Assembly: GCF_009914755.1 (NCBI RefSeq)
Contig: NC_060925.1
Direction: 5' to 3' (one strand)
Source: the human T2T-CHM13v2.0 reference genome, Homo sapiens
DNA: 64,000 nt
A program made the translations under genes and the position numbers. Below, one piece after another: positions 1 to 13,000 of this stretch. Every line of letters starts with the position of its first letter. The first letter of the stretch is position 1. Under the pieces are notes generated by a model. That model worked only from the letters and a program-made list of their open reading frames with translations. It had not been told where the DNA came from and did no database searches.

Positions 1-69
1 TCAAATGGAATCAAAAATAACCATCATCAATTGGTATTGAATGGAATTGTCATCAAATGGAATTCAAAG

Positions 70-1050
70 GAATCATCATCAAATGGAACCGAATGGAATC
101 CTCATTGAATGGAAATGAAAGGGGTCATCATCTAATGGAATCGCATGGAATCATCATCAAATGGAATCGAATGGAATCATCATCAAATGGAATCTAATGG
201 AATCATTGAACAGAATTGAATGGAATCGTCATCGAATGAATTGAATGCAATCATCGAATGGTCTCGAATGGAATCATCTTCTAATGGAAAGGAATGGAAT
301 CATCGCATAGAATCGAATGGAATTATCATCGAATGGAATCGAATGGTATCAACACCAAACGGAAAAAAACGGAATTATCGAATGGAATCGAAGAGAATCT
401 TCGAACGGACCCGAATGGAATCATCTAATGGAATGGAATGGAATAATCCATGGACTCGAATGCAATCATCATCGAATGGAATCGAATGGAATCATCGAAT
501 GGACTCGAATGGAATAATCATTGAACGGAATCGAATGGAATCATCATCGGATGGAAACGAATGGAATCATCATCGAATGGAAATGAAAGGAGTCATCATC
601 TAATGGAATTGCATGGAATCATCATAAAATGGAATCGAATGGAATCAACATCAAATGGAATCAAATGGAATCATTGAACGGAATTGAATGGAATCGTCAT
701 CGAATGAATTGACTGCAATCATCGAATGGTCTCGAATGGAATCATCTTCAAATGGAATGGAATGGAATCATCGCATAGAATCGAATGGAATTATCATCGA
801 ATGGAATCGAATGGAATCAACATCAAACGGAAAAAAACGGAATTATCGAATGGAATCGAAGAGAATCATCGAATGGACCCGAATGGAATCATCTAATGGA
901 ATGGAATGGAATAATCCATGGACTCGAATGCAATCATCATCGAATGGAATCGAATGGAATCATCGAATGGACTCGAATGGAATAATCATTGAACGGAATC
1001 GAATGGAATCATCATCGGATGGAAATGAATGGAATCATCATCGAATGGAA
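70..1050 (+). repeat. 468-bp internal tandem duplication (subunits A and B) present in every unit; first instance shown
   Basis: Offsets of 468: 107/575 (gaatggaaatgaaaggggtcatc vs gaatggaaatgaaaggagtcatc), 220/688 and 317/785. Diagnostic differences: A has ttctaatggaaagg, ggtatcaacacc, tcttcgaacgg; B has ttcaaatggaatgg, ggaatcaacatc, tcatcgaatgg. Confidence 0.95.
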
Positions 1051-4000
1051 TCGAATAGAATTATGGAATGAAATCCAGTGTGATCATCATCGAATGGACC
1101 CGAATGGAATCATCATCCAACGGAAGCTAATGGAATCAACATCGAATGAATCAAATGGAAACACCATCGAATTGAAACGAATGGAATTATCATGAAATTG
1201 AAATGGATGGACTCATCATCGAATGGATTCGAATGGAATCATCGAATAAAATTGATTGAAATCATCATCGAATGGAATCGAATGGTATCATTGAATGGAA
1301 TCGAATGGAATCATCATCAGATGGAAATGAATGGAATCGTCATAGAATGGAATCGAATGGATTCATTGAATGGAATCAGATGGAATCATCGAATGGACTG
1401 GAATGGAATCATTGAATGGACTCGAAAGGGATCATGATTGAATGGAATTGAATGGAATCATCGAATGGTCTCGATTGGAATCATTATCAAATGGAATCGA
1501 ATGGAATCACCGAATAGAATCGAATGGAACAATCATCGAATGGACTCAAATGGAATTATCCTCCAATGGAATCGAATGGATTTATCGAATGCAATGGAAT
1601 AGAATCATCGAATGGACTCGAATGGAATTATCGAACGGAATGGAATGGAACAGTCAATGAACTCGAATGGAATCATCATTGAATGGAATCGAATGGAATC
1701 ATCGAGTGGAATCGAATGGAATTATGATCAAATGGAATCGAATGTAATCATCATCAAATGGAATCAAAAATAACCATCATCAATTGGTATTGAATGGAAT
1801 TGTCATCAAATGGAATTCAAAGGAATCATCATCAAATGGAACCGAATGGAATCCTCATTGAATGGAAATGAAAGGGGTCATCATCTAATGGAATCGCATG
1901 GAATCATCATCAAATGGAATCGAATGGAATCATCATCAAATGGAATCTAATGGAATCATTGAACAGAATTGAATGGAATCGTCATCGAATGAATTGAATG
2001 CAATCATCGAATGGTCTCGAATGGAATCATCTTCTAATGGAAAGGAATGGAATCATCGCATAGAATCGAATGGAATTATCATCGAATGGAATCGAATGGT
2101 ATCAACACCAAACGGAAAAAAACGGAATTATCGAATGGAATCGAAGAGAATCTTCGAACGGACCCGAATGGAATCATCTAATGGAATGGAATGGAATAAT
2201 CCATGGACTCGAATGCAATCATCATCGAATGGAATCAAATGGAATCATCGAATGGACTCGAATGGAATAATCATTGAACGGAATCGAATGGAATCATCAT
2301 CGGATGGAAACGAATGGAATCATCATCGAATGGAAATGAAAGGAGTCATCATCTAATGGAATTGCATGGAATCATCATAAAATGGAATCGAATGGAATCA
2401 ACATCAAATGGAATCAAATGGAATCATTGAACGGAATTGAATGGAATCGTCATCGAATGAATTGAATGCAATCATCGAATGGTCTCGAATGGAATCATCT
2501 TCAAATGGAATGGAATGGAATCATCGCATAGAATCGAATGGAATTATCATCGAATGGAATCGAATGGAATCAACATCAAACGGAAAAAAACGGAATTATC
2601 GAATGGAATCGAAGAGAATCATCGAATGGACCCGAATGGAATCATCTAGTGGAATGGAATGGAATAATCCATGGACTCGAATGCAATCATCATCGAATGG
2701 AATCGAATGGAATCATCGAATGGACTCGAATGGAATAATCATTGAACGGAATCGAATGGAATCATCATCGGATGGAAATGAATGGAATCATCATCGAATG
2801 GAATCGAATAGAATTATGGAATGAAATCCAGTGTGATCATCATCGAATGGACCCGAATGGAATCATCATCCAACAGAAGCTAATGGAATCAACATCGAAT
2901 GAATCGAATGGAAACACCATCGAATTCAAACGAATGGAATTACCATGAAATTGAAATGGATGGACTCATCATCGAATGGATTCGGATGGAATCATCGAAT
3001 AAAATTGATTGAAATCATCATCGAATGAAATCGAATGGTATCATTGAATGGAATCGAATGGAATCATCATCAGATGGAAATGAATGGAATCGTCATAGAA
3101 TGGAATCGAATGGATTCATTGAATGGAATCAGATGGAATCATCGAATGGACTGGAATGGAATCATTGAATGGACTCGAAAGGGATCATGATTGAATGGAA
3201 TTGAATGGAATCATCGAATGGTCTCGATTGGAATCATTATCAAATGGAATCGAATGGAATCACCGAATAGAATCGAATGGAACAATCATCGAATGGACTC
3301 AAATGGAATTATCCTTAAATGGAATCGAATGGAATTATCGTATTCAATCGAATAGAATCATCGAATGGAATCGAATGGAATCATCGAACGGACTCGAATG
3401 GAATCATCGAACGGAATGGAATGGAACAGTCAATGAACTCGAATGGAATCATCATTGAATGGAATCGAATGGAATCACCGAGTGGAATCGAATGGAATTT
3501 TGATCAAATGGAATCGAATGTAATCATCATCAAATGGAATCAAAAATAACCATCATCAATTGGTATTGAATGGAATAGTCATCAAATGGAATTCAAAGGA
3601 ATCATCATCAAATGGAACCGAATGGAATCCTCATTGAATGGAAATGAAAGGGGTCATCATCTAATGGAATCGCATGGAATCATCATCAAATGGAATCGAA
3701 TGGAATCATCATCAAATGGAATCTAATGGAATCATTGAACAGAATTGAATGGAATCGTCATCGAATGAATTGAATGCAATCATCGAATGGTCTCGAATGG
3801 AATCATCTTCTAATGGAAAGGAATGGAATCATCGCATAGAATCGAATGGAATTATCATCGAATGGAATCGAATGGTATCAACACCAAACGGAAAAAAACG
3901 GAATTATCGAATGGAATCGAAGAGAATCTTCGAACGGACCCGAATGGAATCATCTAATGGAATGGAATGGAATAATCCATGGACTCGAATGCAATCATCA

Positions 4001-7000
4001 TCGAATGGAATCGAATGGAATCATCGAATGGACTCGAATGGAATAATCATTGAACGGAATCGAATGGAATCATCATCGGATGGAAACGAATGGAATCATC
4101 ATCGAATGGAAATGAAAGGAGTCATCATCTAATGGAATTGCATGGAATCATCATAAAATGGAATCGAATGGAATCAACATCAAATGGAATCAAATGGAAT
4201 CATTGAACGGAATTGAATGGAATCGTCATCGAATGAATTGACTGCAATCATCGAATGGTCTCGAATGGAATCATCTTCAAATGGAATGGAATGGAATCAT
4301 CGCATAGAATCGAATGGAATTATCATCGAATGGAATCGAATGGAATCAACATCAAACGGAAAAAAACGGAATTATCGAATGGAATCGAAGAGAATCATCG
4401 AATGGACCCGAATGGAATCATCTAATGGAATGGAATGGAATAATCCATGGACTCGAATGCAATCATCATCGAATGGAATCGAATGGAATCATCGAATGGA
4501 CTCGAATGGAATAATCATTGAACGGAATCGAATGGAATCATCATCGGATGGAAATGAATGGAATCATCATCGAATGGAATCGAATAGAATTATGGAATGA
4601 AATCCAGTGTGATCATCATCGAATGGACCCGAATGGAATCATCATACAACGGAAGCTAATGGAATCAACATCGAATGAATCGAATGGAAACACCATCGAA
4701 TTGAAACGAATGGAATTATCATGAAATTGTAATGGATGGACTCATCATCGAATGGATTCGAATGGAATCATCGAATAAAATTGATTGAAATCATCATCCA
4801 ATGGAATCGAATGGTATCATTGAATGGAATCGAATGGAATCATCATCAGATGGAAATGAATGGAATCGTCATAGAATGGAATCGAATGGATTCATTGAAT
4901 GGAATCAGATGGAATCATCGAATGGACTGGAATGGAATCATTGAATGGACTCGAAAGGGATCATGATTGAATGGAATTGAATGGAATCATCGAATGGTCT
5001 CGATTGGAATCATTATCAAATGGAATCGAATGGAATCACCGAATAGAATCGAATGGAACAATCATCGAATGGACTCAAATGGAATTATCCTCAAATGGAA
5101 TCGAATGGAATTATCGAATGCAATCGAATGGAATTATCGAATGAAATCGAATAGAATCATCGAAAGGACTCGAATGGAATCATCGAATGGAATGGAATGG
5201 AACAGTCAATGAACTCGAATGGAATCATCATTGAATGGAATCGAATGGAATCATCGAGTGGAATCAAATGGAATTATGATCAAATGGAATCGAATGTAAT
5301 CATCATCAAATGGAATCAAAAATAACCATCATCAATTGGTATTGAATGGAATTGTCATCAAATGGAATTCAAAGGAATCATCATCAAATGGAACCGAATG
5401 GAATCCTCATTGAATGGAAATGAAAGGGGTCATCATCTAATGGAATCGCATGGAATCATCATCAAATGGAATCGAATGGAATCATCATCAAATGGAATCT
5501 AATGGAATCATTGAACAGAATTGAATGGAATCGTCATCGAATGAATTGAATGCAATCATCGAATGGTCTCGAATGGAATCATCTTCTAATGGAAAGGAAT
5601 GGAATCATCGCATAGAATCGAATGGAATTATCATCGAATGGAATCGAATGGTATCAACACCAGACGGAAAAAAACGGAATTATCGAATGGAATCGAAGAG
5701 AATCTTCGAACGGACCCGAATGGAATCATCTAATGGAATGGAATGGAATAATCCATGGACTCGAATGCAATCATCATCGAATGGAATCAAATGGAATCAT
5801 CGAATGGACTCGAATGGAATAATCATTGAACGGAATCGAATGGAATCATCATCGGATGGAAACGAATGGAATCATCATCGAATGGAAATGAAAGGAGTCA
5901 TCATCTAATGGAATTGCATGGAATCATCATAAAATGGAATCGAATGGAATCAACATCAAATGGAATCAAATGGAATCATTGAACGGAATTGAATGGAATC
6001 GTCATCGAATGAATTGAATGCAATCATCGAATGGTCTCGAATGGAATCATCTTCAAATGGAATGGAATGGAATCATCGCATAGAATCGAATGGAATTATC
6101 ATCGAATGGAATCGAATGGAATCAACATCAAACGGAAAAAAACGGAATTATCGAATGGAATCGAAGAGAATCATCGAATGGACCCGAATGGAATCATCTA
6201 GTGGAATGGAATGGAATAATCCATGGACTCGAATGCAATCATCATCGAATGGAATCGAATGGAATCATCGAATGGACTCGAATGGAATAATCATTGAACG
6301 GAATCGAATGGAATCATCATCGGATGGAAATGAATGGAATCATCATCGAATGGAATCGAATAGAATTATGGAATGAAATCCAGTGTGATCATCATCGAAT
6401 GGACCCGAATGGAATCATCATCCAACAGAAGCTAATGGAATCAACATCGAATGAATCGAATGGAAACACCATCGAATTCAAACGAATGGAATTACCATGA
6501 AATTGAAATGGATGGACTCATCATCGAATGGATTCGGATGGAATCATCGAATAAAATTGATTGAAATCATCATCGAATGAAATCGAATGGTATCATTGAA
6601 TGGAATCGAATGGAATCATCATCAGATGGAAATGAATGGAATCGTCATAGAATGGAATCGAATGGATTCATTGAATGGAATCAGATGGAATCATCGAATG
6701 GACTGGAATGGAATCATTGAATGGACTCGAAAGGGATCATGATTGAATGGAATTGAATGGAATCATCGAATGGTCTCGATTGGAATCATTATCAAATGGA
6801 ATCGAATGGAATCACCGAATAGAATCGAATGGAACAATCATCGAATGGACTCAAATGGAATTATCCTTAAATGGAATCGAATGGAATTATCGTATTCAAT
6901 CGAATAGAATCATCGAATGGACTCGAATGGAATCATCGAACGGAATGGAATGGAACAGTCAATGAACTCGAATGGAATCATCATTGAATGGAATCGAATG

Positions 7001-10000
7001 GAATCACCGAGTGGAATCGAATGGAATTTTGATCAAATGGAATCGAATGTAATCATCATCAAATGGAATCAAAAATAACCATCATCAATTGGTATTGAAT
7101 GGAATAGTCATCAAATGGAATTCAAAGGAATCATCATCAAATGGAACCGAATGGAATCCTCATTGAATGGAAATGAAAGGGGTCATCATCTAATGGAATC
7201 GCATGGAATCATCATCAAATGGAATCGAATGGAATCATCATCAAATGGAATCTAATGGAATCATTGAACAGAATTGAATGGAATCGTCATCGAATGAATT
7301 GAATGCAATCATCGAATGGTCTCGAATGGAATCATCTTCTAATGGAAAGGAATGGAATCATCGCATAGAATCGAATGGAATTATCATCGAATGGAATCGA
7401 ATGGTATCAACACCAAACGGAAAAAAACGGAATTATCGAATGGAATCGAAGAGAATCTTCGAACGGACCCGAATGGAATCATCTAATGGAATGGAATGGA
7501 ATAATCCATGGACTCGAATGCAATCATCATCGAATGGAATCGAATGGAATCATCGAATGGACTCGAATGGAATAATCATTGAACGGAATCGAATGGAATC
7601 ATCATCGGATGGAAACGAATGGAATCATCATCGAATGGAAATGAAAGGAGTCATCATCTAATGGAATTGCATGGAATCATCATAAAATGGAATCGAATGG
7701 AATCAACATCAAATGGAATCAAATGGAATCATTGAACGGAATTGAATGGAATCGTCATCGAATGAATTGACTGCAATCATCGAATGGTCTCGAATGGAAT
7801 CATCTTCAAATGGAATGGAATGGAATCATCGCATAGAATCGAATGGAATTATCATCGAATGGAATCGAATGGAATCAACATCAAACGGAAAAAAACGGAA
7901 TTATCGAATGGAATCGAAGAGAATCATCGAATGGACCCGAATGGAATCATCTAATGGAATGGAATGGAATAATCCATGGACTCGAATGCAATCATCATCG
8001 AATGGAATCGAATGGAATCATCGAATGGACTCGAATGGAATAATCATTGAACGGAATCGAATGGAATCATCATCGGATGGAAATGAATGGAATCATCATC
8101 GAATGGAATCGAATAGAATTATGGAATGAAATCCAGTGTGATCATCATCGAATGGACCCGAATGGAATCATCATACAACGGAAGCTAATGGAATCAACAT
8201 CGAATGAATCGAATGGAAACACCATCGAATTGAAACGAATGGAATTATCATGAAATTGTAATGGATGGACTCATCATCGAATGGATTCGAATGGAATCAT
8301 CGAATAAAATTGATTGAAATCATCATCCAATGGAATCGAATGGTATCATTGAATGGAATCGAATGGAATCATCATCAGATGGAAATGAATGGAATCGTCA
8401 TAGAATGGAATCGAATGGATTCATTGAATGGAATCAGATGGAATCATCGAATGGACTGGAATGGAATCATTGAATGGACTCGAAAGGGATCATGATTGAA
8501 TGGAATTGAATGGAATCATCGAATGGTCTCGATTGGAATCATTATCAAATGGAATCGAATGGAATCACCGAATAGAATCGAATGGAACAATCATCGAATG
8601 GACTCAAATGGAATTATCCTCAAATGGAATCGAATGGAATTATCGAATGCAATCGAATGGAATTATCGAATGAAATCGAATAGAATCATCGAAAGGACTC
8701 GAATGGAATCATCGAATGGAATGGAATGGAACAGTCAATGAACTCGAATGGAATCATCATTGAATGGAATCGAATGGAATCATCGAGTGGAATCAAATGG
8801 AATTATGATCAAATGGAATCGAATGTAATCATCATCAAATGGAATCAAAAATAACCATCATCAATTGGTATTGAATGGAATTGTCATCAAATGGAATTCA
8901 AAGGAATCATCATCAAATGGAACCGAATGGAATCCTCATTGAATGGAAATGAAAGGGGTCATCATCTAATGGAATCGCATGGAATCATCATCAAATGGAA
9001 TCGAATGGAATCATCATCAAATGGAATCTAATGGAATCATTGAACAGAATTGAATGGAATGGTCATCGAATGAATTGAATGCAATCATCGAGTGGTCTCG
9101 AATGGAATCATCTTCTAATGGAAACGAATGGAATCATCGCATAGAATCGAATGGAATTATCATCGAATGGAATCGAATGGTATCAACACCAAACGGAAAA
9201 AAACGGAATTATCGAATGGAATCGAAGAGAATCTTCGAACGGACCCGAATGGAATCATCTAATGGAATGGAATGGAATAATCCATGGACTCGAATGCAAT
9301 CATCATCGAATGGAATCGAATGGAATCATCGAATGGACTCGAATGGAATAATCATTGAACGGAATCGAATGGAATCATCATCGGATGGAAACGAATGGAA
9401 TCATCATCGAATGGAAATGAAAGGAGTCATCATCTAATGGAATTGCATGGAATCATCATAAAATGGAATCGAATGGAATCAACATCAAATGGAATCAAAT
9501 GGAATCATTGAACGGAATTGAATGGAATCGTCATCGAATGAATTGAATGCAATCATCGAATGGTCTCGAATGGAATCATCTTCAAATGGAATGGAATGGA
9601 ATCATCGCATAGAATCGAATGGAATTATCATCGAATGGAATCGAATGGAATCAAGATCAAACGGAAAAAAACGGAATTATCGAATGGAATCGAAGAGAAT
9701 CATCGAATGGACCCGAATGGAATCATCTAAAGGAATGGAATGGAATAATCCATGGACTCGAATGCAATCATCATCCAATGGAATCGAATGGAATCATCGA
9801 ATGGACTCGAATGGAATAATCATTGAACGGAATCGAATGGAATCATCATCGGATGGAAATGAATGGAATCATCATCGAATGGAATCGAATAGAATTATGG
9901 AATGAAATCCAGTGTGATCATCATCGAATGGACCCGAATGGAATCATCATCCAACGGAAGCTAATGGAATCAACATCGAATGAATCGAATGGAAACACCA

Positions 10001-13000
10001 TCGAATTGAAACGAATGGAATTATCATGAAATTGAAATGGATGGACTCATCATCGAATGGATTCGAATGGAATCATCGAATAAAATTGATTGAAATCATC
10101 ATCCAATGGAATCGAATGGTATCATTGAATGGAATCGAATGGAATCATCATCAGATGGAAATGAATGGAATCGTCATAGAATGGAATCGAATGGATTCAT
10201 TGAATGGAATCAGATGGAATCATCGAATGGACTGGAATGGAATCATTGAATGGACTCGAAAGGGATCATGATTGAATGGAATTGAATGGAATCATCGAAT
10301 GGTCTCGATTGGAACCATTATCAAATGGAATCGAATGGAATCACCGAATAGAATCGAATGGAACAGTCATCGAACGGACTCAAATGGAATTATCCTCAAA
10401 TGGAATCGAATGGAATTATCGAATGCAATCGAATGGAATTATCGAATGCAATCGAATAGAATCATCGAATGGACTTGAATGGAATCATCGAATGGAATGG
10501 AATGGAACAGTCAATGAACTCGAATGGAATCATCATTGAATGGAATCGAATGGAATCATCGAGTGGAATCGAATGGAATTATGATCAAATGGAATCGAAT
10601 GTAATCCTCATCAAATGGAATCAAAAATAACCATCATCAATTGGTATTGAATGGAATTGTCATCAAATGGAATTCAAAGGAATCATCATCAAATGGAACC
10701 GAATGGAATCCTCATTGAATGGAAATGAAAGGGGTCATCATCTAATGGAATCGCATGGAATCATCATCAAATGGAATCGAATGGAATCATCATCAAATGG
10801 AATCTAATGGAATCATTGAACAGAATTGAATGGAATCGTCATCGAATGAATTGAATGCAATCATCGAATGGTCTCGAATGGAATCATCTTCTAATGGAAA
10901 GGAATGGAATCATCGCATAGAATCGAATGGAATTATCATCGAATGGAATCGAATGGTATCAACACCAAACGGAAAAAAACGGAATTATCGAATGGAATCG
11001 AAGAGAATCTTCGAACGGACCCGAATGGAATCATCTAATGGAATGGAATGGAATAATCCATGGACTCGAATGCAATCATCATCGAATGGAATCGAATGGA
11101 ATCATCGAATGGACTCGAATGGAATAATCATTGAACGGAATCGAATGGAATCATCATCGGATGGAAACGAATGGAATCATCATCGAATGGAAATGAAAGG
11201 AGTCATCATCTAATGGAATTGCATGGAATCATCATAAAATGGAATCGAATGGAATCAACATCAAATGGAATCAAATGGAATCATTGAACGGAATTGAATG
11301 GAATCGTCATCGAATGAATTGACTGCAATCATCGAATGGTCTCGAATGGAATCATCTTCAAATGGAATGGAATGGAATCATCGCATAGAATCGAATGGAA
11401 TTATCATCGAATGGAATCGAATGGAATCAACATCAAACGGAAAAAAACGGAATTATCGAATGGAATCGAAGAGAATCATCGAATGGACCCGAATGGAATC
11501 ATCTAATGGAATGGAATGGAATAATCCATGGACTCGAATGCAATCATCATCGAATGGAATCGAATGGAATCATCGAATGGACTCGAATGGAATAATCATT
11601 GAACGGAATCGAATGGAATCATCATCGGATGGAAATGAATGGAATCATCATCGAATGGAATCGAATAGAATTATGGAATGAAATCCAGTGTGATCATCAT
11701 CGAATGGACCCGAATGGAATCATCATACAACGGAAGCTAATGGAATCAACATCGAATGAATCGAATGGAAACACCATCGAATTGAAACGAATGGAATTAT
11801 CATGAAATTGTAATGGATGGACTCATCATCGAATGGATTCGAATGGAATCATCGAATAAAATTGATTGAAATCATCATCCAATGGAATCGAATGGTATCA
11901 TTGAATGGAATCGAATGGAATCATCATCAGATGGAAATGAATGGAATCGTCATAGAATGGAATCGAATGGATTCATTGAATGGAATCAGATGGAATCATC
12001 GAATGGACTGGAATGGAATCATTGAATGGACTCGAAAGGGATCATGATTGAATGGAATTGAATGGAATCATCGAATGGTCTCGATTGGAATCATTATCAA
12101 ATGGAATCGAATGGAATCACCGAATAGAATCGAATGGAACAATCATCGAATGGACTCAAATGGAATTATCCTCCAATGGAATCGAATGGATTTATCGAAT
12201 GCAATGGAATAGAATCATCGAATGGACTCGAATGGAATTATCGAACGGAATGGAATGGAACAGTCAATGAACTCGAATGGAATCATCATTGAATGGAATC
12301 GAATGGAATCATCGAGTGGAATCGAATGGAATTATGATCAAATGGAATCGAATGTAATCATCATCAAATGGAATCAAAAATAACCATCATCAATTGGTAT
12401 TGAATGGAATTGTCATCAAATGGAATTCAAAGGAATCATCATCAAATGGAACCGAATGGAATCCTCATTGAATGGAAATGAAAGGGGTCATCATCTAATG
12501 GAATCGCATGGAATCATCATCAAATGGAATCGAATGGAATCATCATCAAATGGAATCTAATGGAATCATTGAACAGAATTGAATGGAATCGTCATCGAAT
12601 GAATTGAATGCAATCATCGAATGGTCTCGAATGGAATCATCTTCTAATGGAAAGGAATGGAATCATCGCATAGAATCGAATGGAATTATCATCGAATGGA
12701 ATCGAATGGTATCAACACCAAACGGAAAAAAACGGAATTATCGAATGGAATCGAAGAGAATCTTCGAACGGACCCGAATGGAATCATCTAATGGAATGGA
12801 ATGGAATAATCCATGGACTCGAATGCAATCATCATCGAATGGAATCAAATGGAATCATCGAATGGACTCGAATGGAATAATCATTGAACGGAATCGAATG
12901 GAATCATCATCGGATGGAAACGAATGGAATCATCATCGAATGGAAATGAAAGGAGTCATCATCTAATGGAATTGCATGGAATCATCATAAAATGGAATCG

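Noticed and set aside
394-406. GAATCTTCGAA as a heat-shock element
   Set aside because: It has only two correctly spaced nGAAn units and the third is out of phase. HSF1 stress bodies are mainly an HSat3 phenomenon.
1117-1127. CAACGGAAGC as an ETS/MYB site, and AATAAA near 1245 as a poly(A) signal
   Set aside because: These are short motifs expected by chance in this composition, and there is no transcript or binding evidence from sequence alone.
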